A stretch of 64,000 bases of DNA from a bacterium (GTDB lineage Bacteria > Zhuqueibacterota > Zhuqueibacteria > Residuimicrobiales > Krinioviventaceae): contig CAXXMD010000002.1 in assembly GCA_963675755.2 (NCBI GenBank), positions 1,888,001 through 1,952,000 on the forward strand, in the 5' to 3' direction. Positions 1 to 10,000 of the stretch are shown here, piece by piece. The notes under the pieces were generated by a model. The model was not told the DNA's origin, ran no database searches, and saw only the letters and a program-made list of their open reading frames with translations. The position numbers were made by a program, and so were the translations under genes. Position 1 is the stretch's first letter. The number at the start of each line of letters is the position of its first letter.

Positions 1-997
1 GAATGATTTTGCCTGTACGTCCATAATGGTGATCATGTCCGGACAAAACCAAATCCACACCATATTTTTCAAACAAAGGAGCTAATACCGCTCGCTGTTC
101 CTTGTTATCACGTTCATTACCCGTAGAATAAATGGGATGATGAAAAGTGACTATCAACCACTCTTTGGTATTGGACTTTAATACCGATTCCAGCCATTCC
201 AGTTGGTCCTTGTTCTCCCATGAATCGGAATTAAAGATCACAAAACGCGCGCTCTGATAATCGATTGTATAAGCCGCTTCTTTGAAATACTTGTTATCAG
301 GTCCGTTTGTTGGTAGTGCAAAATGTGCAAAGTATAGCGGATCCGGAGTTTCATTACCATCATCATCCTGAACCTTATCCGTTGTATCATGGTTACCGGG
401 AGCAGGAACAAACGGTACCGTACGCGCAATAAAACCAAAGGCTTCAAAAAATTCGCGCCAATTATCATCATTATTTCCACGGTTCACCAGATCACCCGCA
501 ATCAAGACAAATCGACTGTCCGGTGCATCTGCATATGCTGTTCTCAGCAATGGAGACGCGTGCGAATAAATATCATTCTGAATGTCACCCAAATAGATAA
601 AAGAGAACGGCTCCTCTTCATTACCGGCAGTATGGAACACGTTCCACTCGCTCCAGGTCTCGCCGGCCCCAACACGATAAACATAAGAAGAATTAGGTTT
701 CAGGCCATCAAAACGGGCATTGTAATGCGTAAAGGTATTACCATCAATGGTCGTTATATCTTCCGCAACAGCTTTAACAGTGGTTGCGGCATCCTTAAAC
801 TGGCGTCCCCATACCATCACGGGTGCAACCTGTGCCTCTGCATTATCCAGATGCTTTACAGTACGCCATGCAACAGATTGACTGGTTGTGGGATCACCCT
901 GCCAGCTCAACACGATACGCTGAGGTTGATCATCCGACATTGCTAAAAGTTGAACTGCAAATAAAATAACCAATACAGCAATTAAAGTTTTTTTCAT
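1..997 (-). CDS. Purple acid phosphatase-family metallophosphoesterase with N-terminal Fn3-like domain (3' end runs off the window)
   Basis: Not in ORF track; read manually from ATG at 997 (RBS GAGGAAA): MKKTLIAVLVILFAVQLLA signal peptide, then PQRIVLSWQGDPTTSQSVAWRT, GDIQ, GDLVNRG, GNHD, FHHP and LSGHDH calcineurin-like/PAP motifs. Confidence 0.9.
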   Translation of the reverse strand, partial: MKKTLIAVLVILFAVQLLAMSDDQPQRIVLSWQGDPTTSQSVAWRTVKHLDNAEAQVAPVMVWGRQFKDAATTVKAVAEDITTIDGNTFTHYNARFDGLKPNSSYVYRVGAGETWSEWNVFHTAGNEEEPFSFIYLGDIQNDIYSHASPLLRTAYADAPDSRFVLIAGDLVNRGNNDDNWREFFEAFGFIARTVPFVPAPGNHDTTDKVQDDDGNETPDPLYFAHFALPTNGPDNKYFKEAAYTIDYQSARFVIFNSDSWENKDQLEWLESVLKSNTKEWLIVTFHHPIYSTGNERDNKEQRAVLAPLFEKYGVDLVLSGHDHHYGRTGKII

Positions 998-1093
998 TTA
1001 TTTTCCTCAGGTCATATAAGACTCTAACTTTTTCAATTTAACGTTTAAACAATAGAGAATCATCCCCAAAAGCAGGGTTATACAAAATTTTAC

Positions 1094-1120
1094 AAAAAAA
1101 AAGCCGGTATAAAACCGGCT
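1094..1120 (-). terminator. Intrinsic terminator downstream of 1127..1453
   Basis: AGCCGGT-N5-ACCGGCT hairpin followed on the minus strand by a T9 run. Confidence 0.75.
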
Positions 1121-1126
1121 ATTCTT

Positions 1127-1453
1127 TTACATTACCATTCTGGCCACTGTTGCAGCCTGCTTGGGAATTGGGATTTTTAATTCCCGGAGATATTGTTTGA
1201 ACATAATATTGATCCACTCTTTGGATGTATCGAGCTTTTTAATAACAACATGGCTATTTTCTCCATCAGAAACAAAATCATAATCTGTAATAACCAGGCT
1301 GATTGGACTGTTTTCCCCTTTTAAAAACAACAAAGCCGATACTCGTTTGTCAGGAGGCTCTACTTCTACCCGTTCCACATGTCCCATATCACATATTGCA
1401 TTATTCAGATACTGCTCAAGCGCGTAAGCGACTCCCTTTCCAAACACATTCAT
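1127..1453 (-). CDS. Hypothetical protein (~108 aa)
   Basis: ORF track 1127..1570; more likely start is ATG 1453 (MNVFGKG) behind GAAGGGAAG; followed by a terminator. Confidence 0.6.
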   Translation of the reverse strand: MNVFGKGVAYALEQYLNNAICDMGHVERVEVEPPDKRVSALLFLKGENSPISLVITDYDFVSDGENSHVVIKKLDTSKEWINIMFKQYLRELKIPIPKQAATVARMVM

Positions 1454-1653
1454 TCGCTTCCCTTCCGAATTTATATCTACCGATATCATTACGCGTCTGC
1501 CCGCCAAAGGTTCCGTATTATTGGAAAATTTTAAAAATTTCTTTCCCCCTCGGGCATTTTTAAATTCCATTACATATTACGGGTGTTTCACGTGTTCGCG
1601 TAAAATTTCAAGACCTTTTTCTTTTCAAATTCTTTTGGATCTGCCCGAAAATT

Positions 1654-2847
1654 TTATTTCACAAGTAATACTTTATGTGTAAAAGACTTTCCTTCTGCCT
1701 GCATCCGGATAAAATATACACCACTTGGCATGGAATTTCCATTTGCATTGGTACCATCCCATTTTACCGTATAATGCCCAGCCGATTGTTTTTCACCATT
1801 TACCAACGTTGCTACCGGTTTACCCAATATATCATATACTCTCAGGTCCACCTGGGTATCTATGGCCAATCTGTACGGGATTGTTGTTTCCGGATTAAAA
1901 GGATTGGGATATGCCGCATCCAAAGCAAATTGATGGGGTGTAGCAGATGTCAGATCAACTGGCACAACACCGGCAACATTTACTTTACCGTCAGAATCTA
2001 CACTTGATAACCGGTACCAGACCTTATCCTTGTTGTAAAAATTACTATCCAGAAATTCATAATGTGTTTGTGTGGTTGTTGTATTCTGCCCTTCAAGTTC
2101 GGCATGGGTTTGGTAAGATGCAAATTGCTGCCAATCTTCATCCAGTGAGAAACGCTGTTCAATAATATAACCTAAATTGTTGATCTCGGAAGCGCTCTGC
2201 CATGTCAAGAGCAGGCCCTCATCATTGGGTACTACACTGAACGAAATCAACTCTACCGGTAGAGTATTTTCAACAATCGTCAGTTCGGGCACAAATGCAT
2301 AGCTTTCGTATCCAATATTTCCATTTAATTTCATGGCAATAAAATAACTGTCATTCAAAACCGCGTTTGCTGTTGGTTGAATACACCATTCAACTTCTAC
2401 ATCAGCACCATCTACAAGATCTTTAAAAAGGACTTCTGTGAGCTCATTGCACCAACCCAGCGCATGCGTATACCCATCTGTTGTTGTTAACCGATCTAAT
2501 GCATTATCATCCTGATCATAATAAATGGTCTCTGTTAATTTAAATGCATTTACAGAACCATCGGTTGTAATTTGAGTTCCAACAAACCAATCCGTTACTG
2601 CACTGGTTTCATAATAAAAGAGCGCAAAGGGAATTCCACTATCAGAAACATCTCGCATGTATTCTACACGGAGTCGTACATTTGTATATTGCATGGCTTC
2701 CGCAGGGGTATCTTCAGCCTCTATCCAGGTTGCTGTTTCTTCTGTACCATCATCATTTCGCCAGCGATAGTGTCCCTGACGATTTGCCTGTGCAAATACC
2801 AGAGTTACATTCCCCAAAATCAAGAACAATAGAATCAATCTTTTCAT
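1654..2847 (-). CDS. Secreted protein with T9SS type-A-like/FlgD-Ig C-terminal sorting domain
   Basis: Start MKRLILL at 2847 after AAGGAG; signal peptide; LPVELISF Ig-like module; AYPNPFNPETTI...GVYFIRM...KVLLVK tail. Confidence 0.85.
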   Translation of the reverse strand: MKRLILLFLILGNVTLVFAQANRQGHYRWRNDDGTEETATWIEAEDTPAEAMQYTNVRLRVEYMRDVSDSGIPFALFYYETSAVTDWFVGTQITTDGSVNAFKLTETIYYDQDDNALDRLTTTDGYTHALGWCNELTEVLFKDLVDGADVEVEWCIQPTANAVLNDSYFIAMKLNGNIGYESYAFVPELTIVENTLPVELISFSVVPNDEGLLLTWQSASEINNLGYIIEQRFSLDEDWQQFASYQTHAELEGQNTTTTQTHYEFLDSNFYNKDKVWYRLSSVDSDGKVNVAGVVPVDLTSATPHQFALDAAYPNPFNPETTIPYRLAIDTQVDLRVYDILGKPVATLVNGEKQSAGHYTVKWDGTNANGNSMPSGVYFIRMQAEGKSFTHKVLLVK

Positions 2848-3061
2848 AGTGCTCTCCTTTCCCAATCTTTTTTCCACCCGTCACGTCCTCTGCAATATTC
2901 AAAAATACTGCTTTCGTTAAATATAACCCTATATACATCAAAAACCAATAATTTTATATATTAAATGTAAATCATTGTATTTTTTCACCACAAGCACTAT
3001 TGCATTGAAACCTGAAAATATATATCCCGTATACGGGTATGACAAAATGGAGGATCCAATA

Positions 3062-4327
3062 GTGCATTATAGAATACTATCCCTGCTCGATCTCTATAAC
3101 CGAATCTGGCGCGAGTGTCCGGAAACTTTACCCCAAACAGGACGTACCTTTACTCCTGCCGAACAGGTTGTAAACCTGAGAAACCTGGACACCACCCTTG
3201 CCGACCTTGACACAACCCAGCAGATCAGCAATCGTTTTATCGCCAGGGACCGGTTCACGCATACTATTCAAAACCTGCTTGCAGGTCTCATGGGTTTTGA
3301 GCAACCCCAGCTCGATGTACTTTTTTCCAAAGATTCTATCAAAGCCGCAGTAGATTTTGTGAACATGGCTAAAAAATATGATCCCAATTTACCCATTGCC
3401 GATATTTATCAGGCGGCACGTAACGTATGGGCCATGACAGGTATGCAATACATGTTCGGACTGCCTGTAGAATTGACACCCTCTATGTTTGCGTACAGTC
3501 TGCTTTACCCCTATACAGACAATTATCTGGATGATCCTACGATACCTGCAAAAACAAAACTGTCCTTTAATGATCGATTCGGCAAACGCATTAACGGAGA
3601 AAAAGCAAAACCCAAAAACGATTATGAAAAACGCGTGTTCGAATTAATTGGCATGATTGAAAAACAGTGGGACCGTAAACACTATCCACTGGTTTATGAA
3701 AGTCTTATCGCAATACATATTGCCCAGATCAAAAGCATGCGCCTGCTCGATCAAAATGCAAATCTTGATACGGAACAGGTGCTGTCCATCAGCCTGGAAA
3801 AAGGCGGAGCTTCCGTACTGGCAGATGGCTATCTGGTTTCCGGCGAACTGACACCGGAACAGGAGAAATTCCTATTTGGATATGGCGCGTTTCTGCAATT
3901 GCTGGATGACTTGCAGGATGTAAATGTGGATAAAGCAAACGGACAGCAATCCGTTTACACAGAATGTTTAGGAAAAACCAAACTCGACAAGCTTACCAAC
4001 AAGACGTTTCACTTTAGTACCGGCGTAATGCAAACAATTGAAGAGATGGGCCTCAATGGTAAAACAGAGATAATGAAAACCATGATGGGCAATTCTGCAC
4101 ACAATATGCTGATCGATGCGGCTGGCCGGTCAAACACGTATTATACAGACAGCTATATCCGCAAACTGGAGCAGCAATCTCCGCTTTCATTTGAGCGAGT
4201 AGCAGAAAAACGCAAAACCATTGCTCAAAATACAGATAAATTTAATTCCTGGTTTGAATTATTCTCGGAAAGAAAACCAAAACAACAACAAACAATACCA
4301 ATTAAAGAATCAGTTATATCAGCATGA
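3062..4327 (+). CDS. Class I isoprenoid (terpene/prenyl) synthase-fold protein, function unknown
   Basis: Helical-looking protein with two Asp-rich motifs YTDNYLDD and QLLDDLQD and a KGG motif between them; probable GTG start at 3062 after GGAGG (ORF track starts 2975). Confidence 0.65.
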   Translation: MHYRILSLLDLYNRIWRECPETLPQTGRTFTPAEQVVNLRNLDTTLADLDTTQQISNRFIARDRFTHTIQNLLAGLMGFEQPQLDVLFSKDSIKAAVDFVNMAKKYDPNLPIADIYQAARNVWAMTGMQYMFGLPVELTPSMFAYSLLYPYTDNYLDDPTIPAKTKLSFNDRFGKRINGEKAKPKNDYEKRVFELIGMIEKQWDRKHYPLVYESLIAIHIAQIKSMRLLDQNANLDTEQVLSISLEKGGASVLADGYLVSGELTPEQEKFLFGYGAFLQLLDDLQDVNVDKANGQQSVYTECLGKTKLDKLTNKTFHFSTGVMQTIEEMGLNGKTEIMKTMMGNSAHNMLIDAAGRSNTYYTDSYIRKLEQQSPLSFERVAEKRKTIAQNTDKFNSWFELFSERKPKQQQTIPIKESVISA

Positions 4328-5057
4328 GAAAATAGCTGGTTAAAAATGCAGTCAGAATACCGAACCCGAAACTGGTCAATGTGCCTATGATTATGTATTC
4401 TGCCTGCATTTTATCTTTTTGGTCCTTAACCTCCCCATAACGCAAAATAGACTTGGCAGCAATTAAAAACCCAATACCCAAACCCTGCCCTGTCAGGTAA
4501 AGCAGCATAATCAAAAACCGCTCCAGCCAGCCGATCCACATGCCACCGTTACTCAACCCCTTAACAAACCCATTTTTATTTTTCAATTCTTTTTCAAATG
4601 GAGCAACAATATATTTTATTACAAAGCCACTGAAACGTATGGCAACAATAAATCCGGTTACAATGATTAAAACAGACCAATATGTAGTACCAAATATGTC
4701 AGACCAGATGGATACGTCATTATCAAACATAGAGATGTTCATAATCAGCATTACCAATCCCCAAAGAACCGCAACATGAAATAGCTGATCCAATAAAAAT
4801 ACAGTTAATCCATCCTCAAAAAAATGAGATTTACAATAATCCAGACAGGTATGGAGCAAAAGCACACCGACGGGAATGAGCCAAAGCGCCAGGTAACCAC
4901 AAACCAGCCAGCTTAATATGGCAACCAACCCGGTATGCAGCAACAGAAATCCGATTTTCTTTTTATTCTTGACCAGACCGTACGATTGAAAAACAAAGTC
5001 ACCCAGAAAATGCGCTGCCATCAAACCGATAAATATTCTGCTCCCCTCTATGGTCAT
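4314..5057 (-). CDS. DUF3307 (SatE-like) multi-pass membrane protein
   Basis: AHFLGDFVFQ, H..LD, DQLFH, G.WIG.LER, GFLIAAKSILR and EY.IIGTL.SF motifs; about 7 hydrophobic segments; lies downstream of satD. Confidence 0.88.
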   Translation of the reverse strand: MTIEGSRIFIGLMAAHFLGDFVFQSYGLVKNKKKIGFLLLHTGLVAILSWLVCGYLALWLIPVGVLLLHTCLDYCKSHFFEDGLTVFLLDQLFHVAVLWGLVMLIMNISMFDNDVSIWSDIFGTTYWSVLIIVTGFIVAIRFSGFVIKYIVAPFEKELKNKNGFVKGLSNGGMWIGWLERFLIMLLYLTGQGLGIGFLIAAKSILRYGEVKDQKDKMQAEYIIIGTLTSFGFGILTAFLTSYFLMLI

Positions 5058-5135
5058 TTGTTACTCTCTCCTGTTTCTGCGGTTATTGTTTTCATATTTA
5101 ATTTCATTTAATACCTGTATAGACAAGGATTTATT

Positions 5136-5329
5136 ATTTTAACCTCTCAAGGTTAAAATCACCAACATTAACCTCTCAGGGTTAATATTACTAAAATCTT
5201 TATTGTTATCATTTTTCTTTATGAATTCATAATCCTGTTATCATGGATTATAGCTTCTTAATACTATAACCATTCATTATAGCCTTGAGAGGATATAATA
5301 ATCATTTATAACCTCTCGGGGCTATAAAT
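5136..5329. repeat. Array of five ~22-26-bp palindromes (TA[A/G]CC-TCTCRR-GG[T/C]TA core) phased at 29 bp
   Basis: 5136 ATTTTAACC-TCTCAA-GGTTAAAAT; 5167 ATTAACC-TCTCAG-GGTTAAT; 5248 TTATAGCT-TCTTAA-TACTATAA (degenerate); 5276 ATTATAGCC-TTGAGA-GGATATAAT (inverted core); 5304 ATTTATAACC-TCTCGG-GGCTATAAAT. Confidence 0.85.
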
Positions 5330-5333
5330 CATA

Positions 5334-5984
5334 TTAAATAAAAAACTGCTTCCATGATTTCAAAACATTCTCAATGGCAAACCATCCACTGCTATCCAGA
5401 TGCTTTAATACGGTAGGCTGCGATATAGGAGGATTCCACAATTTTGCAATTTTTTCCTGAGTCAATCCCTGTATTGCACCGGTTACTGCAAGGGCCTGCT
5501 TGGCTGTCCAGCCTTTGATTATTGCATCCAGCAGTCGGAACGCGGCATCCATCAGGGATGCTTGATTCTGGTCAGAAATATAACGCAAATAAACGCCGCG
5601 CGGCATTTTTTCCAGGGCCTTGCCGGAATCCCGAAAAGCCTGTCCGTCGCTTTCAGAAACGCGATTACCGATAAAATCCACAGTACCTGTAGCAATCACA
5701 ATGCGGGAATCCAGCTTGCGGTTTTGCATAGTGGATTTTAAATACGCTCTAAAATAGACGGCAATTTCCAGAGCGTGCTCCGGCTTTTCAATCAGCATCT
5801 GCCAGCTGTCCCCACGAAAGATATCAATATCCATAGGTACAGCGTCGCTCCAAAAAGCCCGGATCTCTTGCGAGGCTTTGTGCATCACGCCGAGAAGCTT
5901 TTCGCGGTCCTGACGCTCAAGCTTGGATGAACCGACAATATCGCCTGTCAGTACAGCATATATTTTTTCGGATGGTTGATTCAT
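5334..5984 (-). CDS. satD: SatD family protein (nucleotide-cyclase-like N-domain plus C-terminal HTH)
   Basis: YAVLTGDIVGS, FRGDSWQ, RIVIATG and DGQAFRDSGKALE motifs; C-terminal LTQEKIA...ISQPTVLKHL helix-turn-helix; paired with DUF3307. Confidence 0.88.
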   Translation of the reverse strand: MNQPSEKIYAVLTGDIVGSSKLERQDREKLLGVMHKASQEIRAFWSDAVPMDIDIFRGDSWQMLIEKPEHALEIAVYFRAYLKSTMQNRKLDSRIVIATGTVDFIGNRVSESDGQAFRDSGKALEKMPRGVYLRYISDQNQASLMDAAFRLLDAIIKGWTAKQALAVTGAIQGLTQEKIAKLWNPPISQPTVLKHLDSSGWFAIENVLKSWKQFFI

Positions 5985-6307
5985 GCTCTCTCTCTATAAT
6001 TAAGATAAAATATAAAGTAAAATAAACAAAATCAAATACTATCTCTGTTTTTTTACCATCCATTTTGTTAATAAACAGACAACCAGAAAATTGGGGCTAT
6101 AATTTAAACGATAATTTTTAATAGGGAATAATGCACATTAATTGAAACATTTCAATATATAAAATTAATATCAATTTCACTTGATTTTCATCACATTTCT
6201 ATTAATTTCTAAATATCCTTTTGTTAAACATTGGCGGGAACCACAGGGACACTTGCAAACAGGATGATCCAAAGCTTAAAATTCACCTAACCCATTAAAG
6301 GGGTATA

Positions 6308-7081
6308 ATGCGCTGGCAAATACTGTACATGGTGTACTTTATTCTCATGCCTACTATCATGTTTCTCCTGCCATCATCCGGGTTACATGATATAACCCTT
6401 GCTTCAAGTATTATTTTATTATTGTTTATCACTCCATTTGATCGATTACGTTCGTTCCGCAACGCACTTGAAATGATTGTATTATTTTTCATACTCAATT
6501 TCATATATCGCAAATCGGGATTATACCAGGTATATTTTATTACTCATATAATCACTCTGGTTACATTTTATCTTTACATATTCAAGATCAAAAAATTAAA
6601 GCCGGTCATTGACATTTTCAAAGCAGGCAAAATTAAAGGTTCTATACTGCTCAGTTTAGTGTTTGCACTATTATCAGTAACGGGATTGGTGTTGTGGTAC
6701 ATCAATCAACCAGGGAATCCGCATGAGCAATATATGCCAAACCTTCCGATATACATTCTGCCGGTACTGGGAGTGCTTTTTGCTCTGCTGAACAGTTTGT
6801 TTGAAGAGACTATCTTTAGGGGAATTCTACTCCCCTGTTTTAATAAAGCAACAGGCTGGATTCCTGCAGTAATCATGCAGGCAATCTGGTTTAGTTTTTT
6901 ACATTATCAGGCAGGATTTCCATCCGGCATTGCTGGAATTTTTCTGACTTTAGCTTTTGCCATCATGATGGTTGTATTATTAAAACGTACCGGAGGATTA
7001 CTTTTACCGGTTATTGTTCATGCCATTGCAGATTTTTCCATATTTCTTATGATATTGGCAAGAAATTATCAAATCATTTAA
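6308..7081 (+). CDS. CPBP family (CAAX/Abi) intramembrane glutamic endopeptidase
   Basis: EETIFRG, FSFLH and HAIAD motifs in a multi-TM protein. Confidence 0.9.
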   Translation: MRWQILYMVYFILMPTIMFLLPSSGLHDITLASSIILLLFITPFDRLRSFRNALEMIVLFFILNFIYRKSGLYQVYFITHIITLVTFYLYIFKIKKLKPVIDIFKAGKIKGSILLSLVFALLSVTGLVLWYINQPGNPHEQYMPNLPIYILPVLGVLFALLNSLFEETIFRGILLPCFNKATGWIPAVIMQAIWFSFLHYQAGFPSGIAGIFLTLAFAIMMVVLLKRTGGLLLPVIVHAIADFSIFLMILARNYQII

Positions 7082-7098
7082 ATGATTGGGAGATTGTT

Positions 7099-10000
7099 AT
7101 GAAAATCAAATTGCAGATCATAATTCTTTTATTATTACTTGTGGCACAAGTCATGTTTGCTGAACAACAACACCCCGCACCCTATCCGGAATACTCGCAA
7201 TTTTTATTGAGCAAAAAAAATCCAACTCTTCCCAATACAGAGGGTTACCTGGTGGAATTAAAAGATGAAATGCAAATTGGCGGTAACAATGTCATGTTCA
7301 CCTTGTATGATCAGTATGTGCTGACAATAGAAGGTCCCAATTTGATTGTTTTGGATGCACAATTTCCGGATGTTCCTCAAATCCTGTCTAAAACAAAAAT
7401 TTCCACTTCGATTATCAAATACATTGTTGTGATAGATAACAATGCACTGGTGCTTTCAGAATATGATGGAATTTATATTGTTGACATGTCCACGCCTCTA
7501 ACTCCACAGGTTACAGGGAACTTTACAATAGACGCCTATTCTATACACAAGGCATTTTATGATGACAATTATCTCTATATTGGCAATACGGATGGCTTTG
7601 ACATTTATGATGTATCTGACCTGACAAATCCCCAATATGTTACGTATATCCATGGTGATTATAGAGATAGTTGGTATAAAAACAAAACTCTGTTCATTTT
7701 GGAAAGACGCAGCGTCAAGATTTATGATGTGAACGACCCCAGTTCCCCTCAACTTTTAACTATAATTGACCTGGAATCTACATATAATTACATGGTTCGG
7801 GTAGAAGGCAATTATTTATATGCCATGGACAACAATTTGTTACGAATATATGATATCAGTAATCTTGCGGATGTTCAACAAACATCGATTGTGGATCTTG
7901 GCAGCGGTCACGCCAAAGCTATAGCAGTTAATAATGACAGATTGTTTATAGCGGAAAATGAACACATTACCATTTGTGATATATCTGATATCAACAATCC
8001 TGCAATAATAACTTCACTTCTTGAACGCGGAAACCCTGTCAATCTGAACATGAATGGAAATTATCTTTATGCGGCATTAGAGACCCGGGGATTCAAAGCC
8101 TATGATGCGACTGATGCTGATACATTAATCCAGACTGCAGAGTGGAAAAGTGTGCTTCCAACCGTAGGGAATTTAACCATAAATCAAGATCAACTCTATA
8201 CTACAGCTTATTTCGATGGTTGGTCAATATTTGATATTCAAAGCCCCGGTAATCCTGTATTACTCTCTAATTATAACAATGGCTTTATATCAGATTTAAT
8301 TTTCCCGTATAATAATTATCTATATGCAGAATACAGTGGAACATGTCACATTGTAAATATTACTGATCCCTATACTCCACAATTTGAAAATATATTTGCC
8401 ACAGATTACTCTAATTATATATCAGATATTAACGCGTATGGTGATTATCTCTACTTTTTAATGGACCCCAAAGGGATCAAGGTATACAATATTGCGAATC
8501 CTGCTACACCCGTGTGGGTTACTGAATCCAATGAAACCGGTTACGATCCAGCAGCCTCTACCGTAATATATCCATATTTATATGTTGCAGATAGAAATAT
8601 AGGATTCTATTTATATGACATTTCTGACCCAACAAATCCTGTAAAAAGTACGATCATACCTATGGATGATAATGCAAATGATATTGCAGTATATGATCAA
8701 TACATATATGTAGTCAAAAGATATTCAAAATATATTAGCATTATTGACACCAGTACACCCCTTGTTCCGGTTGTCATAGACAGTTTTGAAACCGGATTGG
8801 ATTATCCCTGGTGCTGTCATATTGCAAACGGTGTATTATATATTGGAGGTTTGCAGAGTATGCAGGCATTTGACTTGTCTGATCCGTTAAACCCACAAAT
8901 TGCCCTAGAAAAGACACGTATCTCCGGTGGCGTGACCAGCATCTCATCTCAAGATAACATGTTGTATGTAGGATGCGATGAATTAGGATTACTGGTATAT
9001 AGAGTTGAACAAAAAGAAATTTCACCAGGAATTCGTGTTACCAACACCAATGATTCAGGTTCTGGTAGTTTACGCGCCGCAATAGAATTAGCCAATAAAA
9101 ATGCCGGGCCCGACACCATTCGCTTTGCAATACCCTTTAGTGATGGAAGCTATGATGAAGATGGTTTTTGGCAGATTTATACATATTCAGCATTACCTGA
9201 AATTACAGATGACAGCCTGGTAATATTAGGAAACTCGCAAAAGGAATTTTTAGAAAACGATCCCAATCCGCTAGGACCTGAAATTGCAATCGCAGGGCAA
9301 GCGCTTCCTGATGAATATATCAGTTGTTTTTCAATTTTAGCTGACGGTGTAGAAATCTCCGGATTGGATATTTATCGCTTTCCCGGTGCTGGTATATTTG
9401 CAAGAAATGTGAAAGATTTAAAAATCACAGAATGCTATATAGGGCTAGACCCAAATGGATTTTTTAACGGAGCTAATAAAGAGGGCATTCATCTATGGGA
9501 GAATTGTAGTAACTGTATTATTGGTGAAGAAGGAAAAGGAAATGTGATTTGCGACAATGATGATTCAGGAATATTCCTCTCAACTTTTTGCTCATCAAAC
9601 ATTATCCGAAACAATCAAATTGGTTATTCAAATGTAATAAATAAAGTAAAAGGAAACCATGTTGCAGGCATTTCAATTGAAGGCAGCTCAAGTTCCAATC
9701 AGGTCATTGATAATATTATATGTGATAACTTTAATGGGATCCAAATAGTCAACAGTGATAGTACCACAATCGAGTACAACCGTATTGGCAGTCTGGAAGA
9801 TTTGGAAAACGACTGGGGTAATGAAGAAAACGGTATCTCAATTTTTGGAGATTCAAAAAATACACGTGTGTATTATAATCTCATTGCCTTTAATGACAAA
9901 TACGGAATAGAAGTAGGAAATGAAGGTGCAATATATAACACACTCACTGAAAACTCGATTACCCAGAACAATGAATCAGGTATTATGATCCATTGGGGTG

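Noticed and set aside
389-946. 185-aa plus-strand ORF (and 238..480 minus)
   Set aside because: Shadow of the purple acid phosphatase read on the minus strand from 997, which has all expected motifs.
5136-5329. Possible mini-CRISPR array
   Set aside because: Repeats are degenerate, one is inverted, gaps are only ~5-8 bp, and no cas genes are in the window.
6308-7081. Abortive-infection gene linked to satD
   Set aside because: The Abi label of CPBP proteases is historical; it is divergently transcribed and appears operonic with the downstream secreted protein.
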